From a virus (taxonomy: Duplodnaviria; Caudoviricetes), in the IMG/VR virus record IMGVR_UViG_3300043579_000144, positions 1-40,192 of that record: DNA of 40,192 bases; one strand, given 5' to 3'. Of the stretch, positions 1 to 8,094 are shown piece by piece. The notes under the pieces were generated by a model. It had not been told where the DNA came from, made no database searches, and was given only the letters and a program-made list of their open reading frames with translations. A program made the translations under genes and the position numbers. Each line of letters opens with the position of its first letter. The stretch's first letter is position 1.

Positions 1-12
1 CCCGCCGGTACC
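1..12. repeat. Terminal direct repeat / probable 12-nt cohesive end (cosN), left copy
   Basis: CCCGCCGGTACC at 1-12 is identical to 40181-40192. The minus-strand junction reads GGGTCCTTCCGG..ATGCG|GGTACCGGCGGG|CGCGGCCTTCCGCTA, resembling lambda GGGTCCTTTCCGG..TTACG|GGGCGGCGACCT|CGCGGGTTTTCGCTA. Confidence 0.8.
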
Positions 13-31
13 CGCATGGGGGACCTCCGGA

Positions 32-38
32 AGGACCC
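32..38 (-). promoter_or_regulatory. cosQ-like packaging termination element (GGGTCCT)
   Basis: Exact lambda cosQ heptamer on the minus strand, 19 nt upstream of the 12-nt terminal repeat. Confidence 0.65.
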
Positions 39-66
39 GCAACCTGGTTGCCCCTGGTTGCGCACC

Positions 67-435
67 TCACAGCCCAGGGATGACAGGCGGCAGCAGGTCA
101 CGCGCTCGCACCATGGCGAACAGCGCCCCATCGTCGCCCCGGAACGTGCGGCCTGCATCGTATGCCTCCTGCGCCAGCACCTGGAGGATGTGCGTGGGCA
201 GCAGCACGATTGCCTCCACCGTGTGGCCGTGCCCATCCATGACCACAGCCTGCCAGGCTGCATCCGACACGGCCACGCCGGCCAGGGCACGGTCCTGGTC
301 CCTGACCTTGACCGCCACGATGCCGGCCGCTGCGCCCTGCTTGGCAGACATCACCTCCACCCGGCCTGATGGCAGCCCCAGCGCCAGCAGCTGCGCCACC
401 AGGCGCTCACTCCGCTCCTGCATTTGTCCCACCAC
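67..435 (-). CDS. Hypothetical protein
   Basis: GTG start after AGGAGG (alternative ATG at 462 or 423); last gene of the leftward operon. Confidence 0.55.
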   Translation of the reverse strand: MVGQMQERSERLVAQLLALGLPSGRVEVMSAKQGAAAGIVAVKVRDQDRALAGVAVSDAAWQAVVMDGHGHTVEAIVLLPTHILQVLAQEAYDAGRTFRGDDGALFAMVRARDLLPPVIPGL

Positions 436-458
436 GTCACACCTCCTGGGGGATTGGG

Positions 459-662
459 TCATGAACGCGGCCTCAGCCAGCTGACAGCGGCTCCGGCTGC
501 CAGGAGTAGCGCGAAGATGAGCACCACCTGGAACAGCCACTCGCCGAACGCGGCCATGCGCTCACCCTTCGGTTCCGTCCGGAATGCCCACACGTGCCCC
601 CATAGCAGGAGGCCCAACACCAGCAGCAGCAGCAGCGCGCTCACCTTGTCAGTGGACGTCAT
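459..662 (-). CDS. Small membrane protein with two TM helices
   Basis: Two hydrophobic stretches (SALLLLLVLGLLLWGHVW; WLFQVVLIFALLLAAGAAVSW); start overlaps the upstream ORF. Confidence 0.65.
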   Translation of the reverse strand: MTSTDKVSALLLLLVLGLLLWGHVWAFRTEPKGERMAAFGEWLFQVVLIFALLLAAGAAVSWLRPRS

Positions 663-963
663 GCGACTCCTGCGCACGCTCCTCAGCTTCGGCCAGGCGC
701 TTCAGCTCAGGGACATTGGCCAGGGCAGCCTGCACCGCCTTTGCCAGCTGCTCCTGGAGCATGGGCGCCAGCTCCTTCACCACCAGCAGGTCCGGAGTCA
801 CGAACAGCGGGGCAATCAGCGCACCACCCTGCTCATACTTCAGCGCAACCAGCGTGTACGTCCCGTCCTTCACCACCGGCACGCGAAAGCTGACAGTCAC
901 CAGGTTCCCCATCTCCAGCACCTTGACGTTCTGCTCCAGCGGCTCCTTCGGTTTGTCGCTCAA
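649..963 (-). CDS. Hypothetical protein
   Basis: TTG start after GGAGG, overlapping the upstream stop; protein-like composition. Confidence 0.6.
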   Translation of the reverse strand: MSDKPKEPLEQNVKVLEMGNLVTVSFRVPVVKDGTYTLVALKYEQGGALIAPLFVTPDLLVVKELAPMLQEQLAKAVQAALANVPELKRLAEAEERAQESHDVH

Positions 964-1277
964 TCGGTCCTCCCCATGTGCGGGCGCACGCGTCCTGGCC
1001 GATGGTCATACGCTTGCAGCGCGTCCTTCATGTCATCCACTCCGCACGTGCAGTCCCGCGTGATGTCGTGCTGGATGCAGATGTTGCACGTGGAGTTGTG
1101 CACCAGGAGCATGGGCGCAGCGTTCACGATGCGAGCCGCCACTTTGCGCTCAGCATCCAGCTCCGTCAGCAGGTACTGCACCGCCTCCAGGGGTCCCATC
1201 TTCCACCGCCCCTGCGCGTACGCCCTGATGCGCAGCTCGCGCTCCTTGCTCATGGTCCTGGGGTCAGCGTTACTCAT
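960..1277 (-). CDS. Hypothetical protein with Cys/His cluster (HxxxCxxC..CxCG)
   Basis: ATGA overlap with the upstream gene; GGAGG RBS. Confidence 0.6.
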   Translation of the reverse strand: MSNADPRTMSKERELRIRAYAQGRWKMGPLEAVQYLLTELDAERKVAARIVNAAPMLLVHNSTCNICIQHDITRDCTCGVDDMKDALQAYDHRPGRVRPHMGRTD

Positions 1278-1525
1278 GCCTTCCCTCCGCTGGCGAGGAT
1301 GTGGCCCCAGTCGTAGCACTCTGCCGTGTGGCGCTTGTCCGCTGGCAGGCTCTCCACGAACGCGATGACCTTGCGTCCCGCATCCGCGTTCTCGCACTCC
1401 ACCAGCCACCAGCGGTCGGCGGCGCTGCGGTGTTCGCACTGGCGTGCCGTCAGGCCCTCCGAATACCGCCCCACGCACTTCGGCCGCCCGTCTCCGGTCT
1501 GGACAAACAGCAGGACGCGGCTCAC
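1274..1525 (-). CDS. Hypothetical protein
   Basis: GTGA overlap coupling within the operon. Confidence 0.55.
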   Translation of the reverse strand: MSRVLLFVQTGDGRPKCVGRYSEGLTARQCEHRSAADRWWLVECENADAGRKVIAFVESLPADKRHTAECYDWGHILASGGKA

Positions 1526-1851
1526 TCCGCCCGCCCTTCCATCTCCGCCTCCATGCGGTCCTGGCGCATCAGGTGGGACTTGAGCGTGAAGTCATCCCTG
1601 GACACCACGATGTGACGCGGTGCGCTGAACAGCAGGCTCACGCTGTCCCTGTCCCTGGGATAGCCCAGCGCCACCTTCGCGCCGTCCAGCAGGTCCAGCT
1701 CCTCGTTCCACGCCAGGCGCTGCCGGAACTCCGCATCACCGCGGTACACATGCAGCACCGCACCGTCCAGGTCCAGCTCCACCACGGCCACGCGCACGTA
1801 CCTGCCCACGTACACGCGCCGGCCACGCTGAACGCTCAAGACAAGAGCCAT
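1522..1851 (-). CDS. CsrA/RsmA-like translational regulator, extended/tandem form
   Basis: N-terminus MALVLSVQRGRRVYVGRYVRVAVV resembles CsrA [23 protein letters not shown]. C-terminal SVSLLFSAPRHIVVSRDD resembles CsrA QVRIGVNAPKEVSVHREE. It is 109 aa, versus about 60 aa for CsrA. Confidence 0.55.
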   Translation of the reverse strand: MALVLSVQRGRRVYVGRYVRVAVVELDLDGAVLHVYRGDAEFRQRLAWNEELDLLDGAKVALGYPRDRDSVSLLFSAPRHIVVSRDDFTLKSHLMRQDRMEAEMEGRAE

Positions 1852-2174
1852 TATTCCACCCTGTCATTCGGCAGCAGCTTGAGCGCGATGCGCAATCGCA
1901 GGCACCACAGCTCATGGCCTGGTCTGTCAACCTCACACCAGCACGGTATCCCATCATCGTTTCCATCACGGCGCGGTGGAATCGTAAGCAGCGCCAGGCG
2001 CAGGCTGTGAACCTCTCGCCGCAGTCGCTCGGATTCTTTCCATGCTTTGTCACGCTGGTCGCACAGATAACTGAACACCACATCGCTCCGCGTGCGCGGA
2101 GGAGGCGGAGGAGGCGGCGGCTTTGTCCCAGCGCCCAGGGTGTACGGTTTTAGAGTCGGCGCTCTCCTGCTCAT
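1851..2174 (-). CDS. Hypothetical protein (poly-Pro, coiled coil, CWC..H..C motif)
   Basis: ATGA overlap start; coupled to the CsrA-like gene (TAATG). Confidence 0.55.
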   Translation of the reverse strand: MSRRAPTLKPYTLGAGTKPPPPPPPPRTRSDVVFSYLCDQRDKAWKESERLRREVHSLRLALLTIPPRRDGNDDGIPCWCEVDRPGHELWCLRLRIALKLLPNDRVE

Positions 2175-2308
2175 GGTGTCCTCACGGTGACGGACTTGGT
2201 GGTGCCGTCCGAATACGTGAACTCTATTTCGGCTTCCGTGATGTGCCCACCATCGCGCTCCTGCCACAGCTTGGCCACATCCACGTCCGTGCACTTGGGG
2301 TCAGTCAT
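2171..2308 (-). CDS. Small hypothetical protein (45 aa, MTDPKCTDVDVAKLWQERDGG...)
   Basis: Read by hand, below the ORF-track cutoff; fills the gap, with overlapping start and stop on both sides. Confidence 0.5.
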   Translation of the reverse strand: MTDPKCTDVDVAKLWQERDGGHITEAEIEFTYSDGTTKSVTVRTP

Positions 2309-2483
2309 CACTCACCATGCTCTCACACGTTCCCTGCGTTGCCGGCTCCGTGTGCAGGTGCAGGCCGATGGCAGCGGCCACGGTCCTGGCGCCGCGCTCA
2401 TGCTTCGCGCACATCACCAGCGGCTCACGCCCTGGCCAGAACACACGCGCCACTGTGGGCTCATCGCATCTGCGCTCAGCCAT
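2301..2483 (-). CDS. Small hypothetical protein (C..WPG..CxxH..C, probable Zn-binding)
   Basis: GGAGG RBS and ATG start; coupled to neighbours. Confidence 0.55.
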   Translation of the reverse strand: MAERRCDEPTVARVFWPGREPLVMCAKHERGARTVAAAIGLHLHTEPATQGTCESMVSDD

Positions 2484-2913
2484 TGGCGGCCTCCTTCGCT
2501 GCGTGCGCGGGATGGTCGGCCGGCAGCACCAGCGGCTCACCAGGATATCCGTTGATGCCCTTGACGAACCACGTGCGCACACGCTCCAGCGCAACGCGCA
2601 TCTCAGGACGTTCCATCGCAGCGGGCGCGTCCTTGACCGCGAGCGCGTCAGTAACCTCCTGGTACGGGAAACCGCCGTGACCGTTCTCCCACCACTTGCT
2701 GATTGCGGCCAGGCGCTGCTCCAACGCGGCCACCTCCAGCTCCACAGTGTCCGCCAGGATGCAATCCGGCTTGTGTTGTGGGCGCTCTCCTGATTCTGTG
2801 ATGGCCTCGCACACGTCGCACCGGGTTCCGCCGCTGATAGGCGTGGCGCTGAAGTTGTTTTCTGCAATCCACATCGCCAGCTTACTCACCCTGGAAGCCA
2901 GGCTGTCAGCCAT
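2476..2913 (-). CDS. Hypothetical protein with CxxC..HxxxC Zn-finger motif
   Basis: CDVC...HKPDC motif; start overlaps the stop of the loader gene. Confidence 0.6.
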   Translation of the reverse strand: MADSLASRVSKLAMWIAENNFSATPISGGTRCDVCEAITESGERPQHKPDCILADTVELEVAALEQRLAAISKWWENGHGGFPYQEVTDALAVKDAPAAMERPEMRVALERVRTWFVKGINGYPGEPLVLPADHPAHAAKEAANG

Positions 2914-3688
2914 GGGACACCGCCGCCAGGCGCAGGTCCTTCGCACCCTTCAGCTCCACCAGGGGATTCGCACCCGTTAGCCTGGAGAACATGCGGCCAC
3001 CGTACCGCTCCGCCAGCTGCCGCACCTCCAGGTTCGTGGTGTACCAGGTGGGCATCATCTCCCCATATCGCCCGTCAATCAGCAGGTCCAGCTGCGTGGT
3101 GGCCCAATCGTCCTGGTACGATTTCAGGCGCTCGCCGCCCAGGTCATCCAGCACCAGGCAAGGCGCCGTGTGCAGGTACCGCATCTGCTGCTCCGCGTCC
3201 CGCAGGCCGTTGTCCCGGCTGGACATGATGCGCAGCTCATTCACCAGCTGTGGCCAGCGGACCCAATGGAACCACTGGCGCCCCACCTCCGCGCTCCTGG
3301 CGCCCTTGGCGTACCGCGCCCGCACCACGGCATCGGAGCCGGCCAGGAAGATGGTGGCCAGGGCGAACGTCTTTCCGCAGCCCACGCCGCCGGCCAGGCC
3401 GAATCCCCTGGGGTAGCGGTTCCCGGACCGAATCATGAGCGCCGATTCCGCGCAGCTCCTGGACTCCAGCGCCCGCTTCAGCTGGTCGGGGACCTGCGCC
3501 CAGGTAGCGGTCAGCTCCCTGGGATTCATTCCGGCCTGGGCGCCCATGGAGCGCACCAGGACGCCCACCTGGTCCTGGGACAGCTCCTGGAGCCGTTCGG
3601 GCTCAGGCGGGGCAGCCTTGGCGTCCTGGCGCAGCTCCAGCATGGCCCCAGCCACCACGTCCTTCACCTCCGTCATTCCCTTGGTCAT
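2906..3688 (-). CDS. DnaC/IstB-like AAA+ helicase loader
   Basis: Walker A GGVGCGKT, Walker B LVLDDLG, YTTN and SRL..DLR motifs; ATGA-coupled to the initiator gene. Confidence 0.88.
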   Translation of the reverse strand: MTKGMTEVKDVVAGAMLELRQDAKAAPPEPERLQELSQDQVGVLVRSMGAQAGMNPRELTATWAQVPDQLKRALESRSCAESALMIRSGNRYPRGFGLAGGVGCGKTFALATIFLAGSDAVVRARYAKGARSAEVGRQWFHWVRWPQLVNELRIMSSRDNGLRDAEQQMRYLHTAPCLVLDDLGGERLKSYQDDWATTQLDLLIDGRYGEMMPTWYTTNLEVRQLAERYGGRMFSRLTGANPLVELKGAKDLRLAAVSHG

Positions 3689-4521
3689 TCCCCACCTCCC
3701 AGGTTGGTCCCGATGTAATCCGCGTCCGCTGCGTTCCGGCTTCCGCCAGGGGTGGTCCTGGTCATGCGGCCACCGCCCTGGTCCTGCGCCTTGCCCAGCC
3801 AGTTGTGCACGAACTTCAGCACGCCACGCGCTGTCTTTCTCCGGCTGGGTGACGCCAGGAGCCACCCGCGCATTTTCCGCAGCTCCTGCATCACGTCCAC
3901 CGCGGGGTACAGCTTGCCCCACTCCTCCAGCTCCGTCTGCGTGATGTCGCGCTGCTTCCCCTGGGTCAGTGGCAGGGGCACGCCCACCGTCCTGGAATCC
4001 ACCAGGAACACCTCCGGGGAGGAGTCTGAAAGACTCCTACTTGTATCTGTATCTGTATCTGTATCTGTATAGCGTGATTGTCCGTGACTTTGCGTGACGT
4101 CACGTGACGGTGGCGTGACGGGCTGTGATTCGTGTGGCCCTTGATGTGACATCTTCACGCGGTCCCGGCGCCGCTGCTGCCGCAAGCGGTTAGACTCGCG
4201 CACCTCATCCGCCGTGTGCATGTCACGGTACGTGGAATGATTCACCACGGCCCATCCGGACTGCCCATCACCCTCCAGGGGCACGATGCGCCGGCCACTC
4301 TCCGCCGGCATGGATGAGCGCGGGTCAGGCTCCAGGAGGATGGCCAGGCCCTTCGCCACCACCTCCGCCGGCAGGCCGCTGTGACGCACCAGGGCGCCCT
4401 CAGTCATGTCCACCACGCCGTCCGCGTCCGCGAACGCCAGGATGGCCACGAACGTCACCCACGCCTCCCAGGTATCGCCCAGGGGTCCGGTGAACATCCT
4501 ACGGAACACCTTGGCGTACAT
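3685..4521 (-). CDS. Phage replication initiator protein
   Basis: N-terminal HTH-like domain, RLRQQRRR linker, DTDTDT tract and C-terminal YPAVDV..ELRKM..W..RRKT..FVHNWL domain; lies upstream of the DnaC-like gene. Confidence 0.8.
   Translation of the reverse strand: MYAKVFRRMFTGPLGDTWEAWVTFVAILAFADADGVVDMTEGALVRHSGLPAEVVAKGLAILLEPDPRSSMPAESGRRIVPLEGDGQSGWAVVNHSTYRDMHTADEVRESNRLRQQRRRDRVKMSHQGPHESQPVTPPSRDVTQSHGQSRYTDTDTDTDTSRSLSDSSPEVFLVDSRTVGVPLPLTQGKQRDITQTELEEWGKLYPAVDVMQELRKMRGWLLASPSRRKTARGVLKFVHNWLGKAQDQGGGRMTRTTPGGSRNAADADYIGTNLGGGE
4042..4150. promoter_or_regulatory. Probable replication origin (iterons plus low-GC tract) inside the initiator gene
   Basis: (C/T)GTGA(C/T) at 4073, 4083, 4093, 4103, 4114 and 4124 (10-11 bp phasing), next to (TGTATC)x4 at 4042-4065; lambda O-like layout. 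Confidence 0.65.
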
Positions 4522-4790
4522 CAGGGCACCTCGCCCAGGTCGAACCCCACCCGGTGCCCGCGTTCGGACTTCAGCTTGTACTCCGCGCTGGCCACCAGGC
4601 GCCTGGCGTGCATCCTGGCAACGCCCACGGCCGCCTCCAGTGGCGTCTCCCCCGTGGCGTACAGCTCCGGCCAGGACGGCCAGAACACGGACACCAGGTT
4701 GAACCGCCCATCTTCCGCCATGTCCACCCGCACCAGCCCAGGCGCACCCTTCAGCTCCCTCACGAAGTTGTCCAGCTCCAACACCGTCAT
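4521..4790 (-). CDS. Hypothetical protein with HicB-like N-terminal motif
   Basis: VSVFWPSWPELYATGETPLEAA resembles the HicB consensus V.FPDLPGC.TQGET.EEA. Confidence 0.55.
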   Translation of the reverse strand: MTVLELDNFVRELKGAPGLVRVDMAEDGRFNLVSVFWPSWPELYATGETPLEAAVGVARMHARRLVASAEYKLKSERGHRVGFDLGEVP

Positions 4791-5209
4791 GCTCTGTTCC
4801 CTCCCACGGCCAGGCGGATGAGCGCCTGCCGTACCTCATCCAGGTCAGCCGTCTCCGGCAGCTTCCACAGCTGGTTCAGCACGCCCAGCCCACTCTCGCC
4901 GATGCGCTCCAGCCACCACGCTTTGAACTCCGATATTTCGTGGTGCGCCCAGCCCAGGTGGCAGTAATCGCACAGCGCCGCCACGTTCAGCGGATGCCAC
5001 CTGGTGGCCTCGATTCGGCACGAACGGAAGTGTGCGACGTGAAGCACCACCCGCCTGGTGAACCCGTCCGCACCCTTCACGCTCGCACCTTCCACCGCTC
5101 CGCACCGCTCGCAGCGGTGACCGGCCCGCAGCAGCACCCAGGGACGGAATACCCTGTCCAGCTGCTCCATGATTTCCTGCCGGCCGGACGCCCGCCGCAG
5201 TCTGCTCAT
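4787..5209 (-). CDS. NinG/Rap-like HNH-type recombination endonuclease
   Basis: LDRVFRPWV..R..CERCG...AHFRS....TRWHPLNVAALCDYCH pattern typical of NinG. Confidence 0.75.
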   Translation of the reverse strand: MSRLRRASGRQEIMEQLDRVFRPWVLLRAGHRCERCGAVEGASVKGADGFTRRVVLHVAHFRSCRIEATRWHPLNVAALCDYCHLGWAHHEISEFKAWWLERIGESGLGVLNQLWKLPETADLDEVRQALIRLAVGGNRA

Positions 5210-5385
5210 GCCTGGTTCACGTCCTTCACGTTCTCCCAGGTTTCGACCGGGCGGCCCGTGGTGTCCACGCCCTCCAGGCGCACGTACAGCTCGCCCGTGA
5301 TGTACGTGGAATGCGCCGTGACCGTGCCCTGGAATCCAGAGAATCGGTGCGTGGCCAGGCTGCCCATTTCCGGCAATGTGTCCAT
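5206..5385 (-). CDS. Small conserved phage hypothetical protein (SH3-like, GFQGTVTA motif)
   Basis: GGAGG RBS; SGFQGTVTA motif familiar from phage small proteins. Confidence 0.6.
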   Translation of the reverse strand: MDTLPEMGSLATHRFSGFQGTVTAHSTYITGELYVRLEGVDTTGRPVETWENVKDVNQA

Positions 5386-5410
5386 GCTCACCTCCGTCCT
5401 GCGTGTGGGA

Positions 5411-6319
5411 CTACTTGCTGCGCCTCGCCCTGGGAGCCGGTGACTGTGCCGGACCAGGACCACCACCAGCCTGCTGCGCTTCCGCGGCCAGGGATTCCTT
5501 CACGCCGGCCACGCCGGCCTTCGCCTTCGCCTGCTCCTCCGCCTGGTGCTTGGGGTCCGGGAATGCCTCATCCAGCGTCACGTCACCGTCACGCACGGCC
5601 GTGACGGTCGCCCGGAGCGTCACCAGGTGGTCCACCGTCAGGTCCTCCAGGCCCTTCAGGTCCAGCGCGTGGTACACGCGGTCCGCGCTCACGCCCATCT
5701 TCGCCAGGTAGTCCAGCGCCTCCAGGCGGCGGGTGGCCAGGGTGCTGGCATCGCCGGCCACCACCTTGCGCGCCTTCTCGTACGCACCGTCCCAATAGCT
5801 GCGCGGCACGCCGCGGAGGATGGCGTTTCGGATGGCGATGGAGACGGCCGCGTTGGCCGTGGTGAGAATCATGTCCAGGCTGTAGCGGCGGCCGTTGCGG
5901 TCCACGATGCGGCGCCGCGTCTCCACGGACGTGGCCACGTTGCGCTCCAGGTCATGGAACACGCCCTGTGCCACCACCCACTCCCCGGAATCGTCCAGGA
6001 CGCGGCCGGCCACGCGGCAGTTTCCCCAGGAGCTGCTGATGATTTCCGCCAGGCGCACGCTGGGTCCCTCGATGGACTTGACCGCGCCGCGGCTGTCCTT
6101 CCTGGGCAGCGCATACAGGCAATCCGCCGCCACGCGCTCGCTGACGCACGCCATGGTTTCCACGGCCCGCATGAATGACGTGATGGACCTGGGGTACTGC
6201 TTCGCCGTGGTCACCTGCTGGTCCAGCTCCGCCTTCACGTGCGCTGCCACCTGGTTGGTGGAGCCGGCGAACACCTGGGCGGCTTCCCCAGCGCCGATGT
6301 CCTGCACCGTATCGCTCAT
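5411..6319 (-). CDS. Putative ssDNA-annealing (RecT-like) recombination protein
   Basis: Directly downstream of YqaJ; AKQYPRS..YALPR..IEGPSVRLAE..WGN motifs of a family usually paired with YqaJ. Confidence 0.7.
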   Translation of the reverse strand: MSDTVQDIGAGEAAQVFAGSTNQVAAHVKAELDQQVTTAKQYPRSITSFMRAVETMACVSERVAADCLYALPRKDSRGAVKSIEGPSVRLAEIISSSWGNCRVAGRVLDDSGEWVVAQGVFHDLERNVATSVETRRRIVDRNGRRYSLDMILTTANAAVSIAIRNAILRGVPRSYWDGAYEKARKVVAGDASTLATRRLEALDYLAKMGVSADRVYHALDLKGLEDLTVDHLVTLRATVTAVRDGDVTLDEAFPDPKHQAEEQAKAKAGVAGVKESLAAEAQQAGGGPGPAQSPAPRARRSK

Positions 6320-7338
6320 GATGCCTTCCCCTTGAGGATGTTGAACACGAACCGCCGCACCGGAGCGCCCTCCTTCATGTGGACCTGGCCCAGGTCCGCC
6401 AGCATGGCCACCACCGCGTCCGCTGCCTGCTCCGGGGTCCTGGAATCGCTGGCCGCCAGCTCGCCGGCAAGCTGCCTGGCGATTCCCTCCCAATCCACCA
6501 CCTGGCGGCCCTTGGCGGTGCGCCAGGTGGCTTTCCAGCCCTCGCCCAGGATGCCGGCCACGTCCCCGATGCGGTCCTTGAACGTGTTGACCAGCAGCGC
6601 CTCCTCATCCTCCATGGCCGTCATCGCCAGGCGCACGTCCGCCAGGCGCCGCGCCCGCTCCTCATCCTCCGGCTCCGCGGCTCGGATGTTCTCCATGTGC
6701 ACGGGGTACCTGGCGGCCAGGTAGCGCGCCGCGGCCTCCGTGCCGTCAATGGGCGGGCGCTCGCCCTGGACCACGTGGCGCTCCCACCACTCCACCAGGC
6801 GGCTGGTCACCATCTGCTCCAGCTCCAGGTCACGCCGGATGGTGTAGATGCGGAAATCGCTGCCGCCGATGAGCACGCCCAGGTCCCACGCCGGGAAGCC
6901 GGTGATGGCCATGTAGTGGCAGCATTGAATCAGGTACGCAGCCGGCACCTGGTCCGTCCCAGGCTCGCCCCAATCGCTGGCCGCGAACGGGCTGGCCGTC
7001 TTAGCCTCAAAGCCGCGCTCCTCCCCGTACACCAGGCGGTCCGGCGTGCCGATGAGCATGGGGTGGAGCGGGTGCTGGAGCACCTGGTCACCCTTCTCGT
7101 ACAGGACGCGGCCGGTGGCCTCCGCGTACGCCTGGGCGATGGGCTCCTCCAGGAGCTGGCCCCACCGCATGGCCGGCGTGGTGTCCTTGGGGGACCTGGC
7201 CATGCTCACCTTGTCCATCCACACATCCAGGGCGCCGCTGAACTTGGACAGCCCCAGGATTGCGGCCGCGTCAGTCCCGCCGATGCCCTGCTTGCGCTGC
7301 TCCAGCCACACCGCCCGCCCCACTCCGTTCCCGTCCAT
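6316..7338 (-). CDS. YqaJ-like viral recombinase/exonuclease
   Basis: WLEQRKQGIGGTDAAAILGLS, WG..LEE.IA, GTPD, EAKT, YLIQCCHYM and VLIGG motifs. Confidence 0.92.
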   Translation of the reverse strand: MDGNGVGRAVWLEQRKQGIGGTDAAAILGLSKFSGALDVWMDKVSMARSPKDTTPAMRWGQLLEEPIAQAYAEATGRVLYEKGDQVLQHPLHPMLIGTPDRLVYGEERGFEAKTASPFAASDWGEPGTDQVPAAYLIQCCHYMAITGFPAWDLGVLIGGSDFRIYTIRRDLELEQMVTSRLVEWWERHVVQGERPPIDGTEAAARYLAARYPVHMENIRAAEPEDEERARRLADVRLAMTAMEDEEALLVNTFKDRIGDVAGILGEGWKATWRTAKGRQVVDWEGIARQLAGELAASDSRTPEQAADAVVAMLADLGQVHMKEGAPVRRFVFNILKGKAS

Positions 7339-7588
7339 CCCTCAGCTCCTCTCGGTGGCTGTAGATGTCCGCCAGGCTCAGCGCCCCGCGAGACACCGCC
7401 ACGATGCACACGGCCGTTGCCGGCCTCGGTGCAGTCACTCCACGCACCCAATGATAGGCGGCCGCACGTGTCGCCGGCTGGCCGGCGGCGCCCAGGTCCC
7501 GCACCAGGCGGGTCACTCCGTAATCACGAACCCACACGCTGAACTTGGTGCGCCACCGCCGTCCCTGGAAGCGGCTGGATGTCATCAT
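7271..7588 (-). CDS. Cro/YdaS-like HTH regulator
   Basis: GVTRLVRDLG...TRAAAYHWVRGVTAPRP..A..IVAVSRGALSLADIY is Cro-like; first gene after a sigma70-type promoter. Confidence 0.7.
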   Translation of the reverse strand: MMTSSRFQGRRWRTKFSVWVRDYGVTRLVRDLGAAGQPATRAAAYHWVRGVTAPRPATAVCIVAVSRGALSLADIYSHREELRDGRERSGAGGVAGAAQAGHRRD

Positions 7589-7713
7589 GACCTCCGAACG
7601 TAGGAACGCCCAGGACCGCCAGCTCCACTACGCTGACGGCCCCAGGCGCATTGTTCGCAGCTGCACGGTGCATCCCTGCCCCCTTGCGGTGCCAGCTGAT
7701 TCAGGACCGCCGC

Positions 7714-7743
7714 AATGTAGCCGCCGGCCCACTGGCAAGTCAA
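7714..7743 (-). promoter_or_regulatory. Sigma70-type promoter for the recombination/replication operon
   Basis: Minus strand TTGACT-N18-TACATT. Confidence 0.6.
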
Positions 7744-7770
7744 GGGTCACGTTGACCGCTCCTGGAGCGC

Positions 7771-8094
7771 CTAGCGCCCCAGCCACTTGGTGAGGATGTG
7801 CCGCCCGAAGCCCTCGTAAAGCTGCCGCGCCCAGGTTGCGCTGGTGAATCCGCCCAGGAGGATGCCCACCACGTTGGGGACCGTGCCGGCGATGTCGAAG
7901 CCGGCAGCCTGTGCGTCCGGGACTGCGAACACGGACACCAGCTTGGTCACCACGTAGAGAGCGAAGTTGACCCAGGGAATCGCGTTGTTCGTCACGCCCT
8001 TCAGGGCCGGCAGGTACTTCCACAGGATGCCCACCACAAAGGAAATGATAATCCAGTTGGCGTCAAACAGCGTCTGGAGCGTTTCCGGCGTCAT
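7771..8094 (-). CDS. Putative holin / membrane lysis protein
   Basis: Two to three hydrophobic helices and a basic C-terminus; in the lysis cassette. Confidence 0.6.
   Translation of the reverse strand: MTPETLQTLFDANWIIISFVVGILWKYLPALKGVTNNAIPWVNFALYVVTKLVSVFAVPDAQAAGFDIAGTVPNVVGILLGGFTSATWARQLYEGFGRHILTKWLGR

Noticed and set aside
2096-2121. GGA/GGC triplet run (poly-Pro on the minus strand)
   Set aside because: Simple coding low-complexity tract with no further structure.
4042-4070. (TGTATC)n microsatellite as a phase-variation tract
   Set aside because: The unit is 6 bp (in frame) and encodes the DTDTDT linker common in phage initiators; treated as part of the ori.
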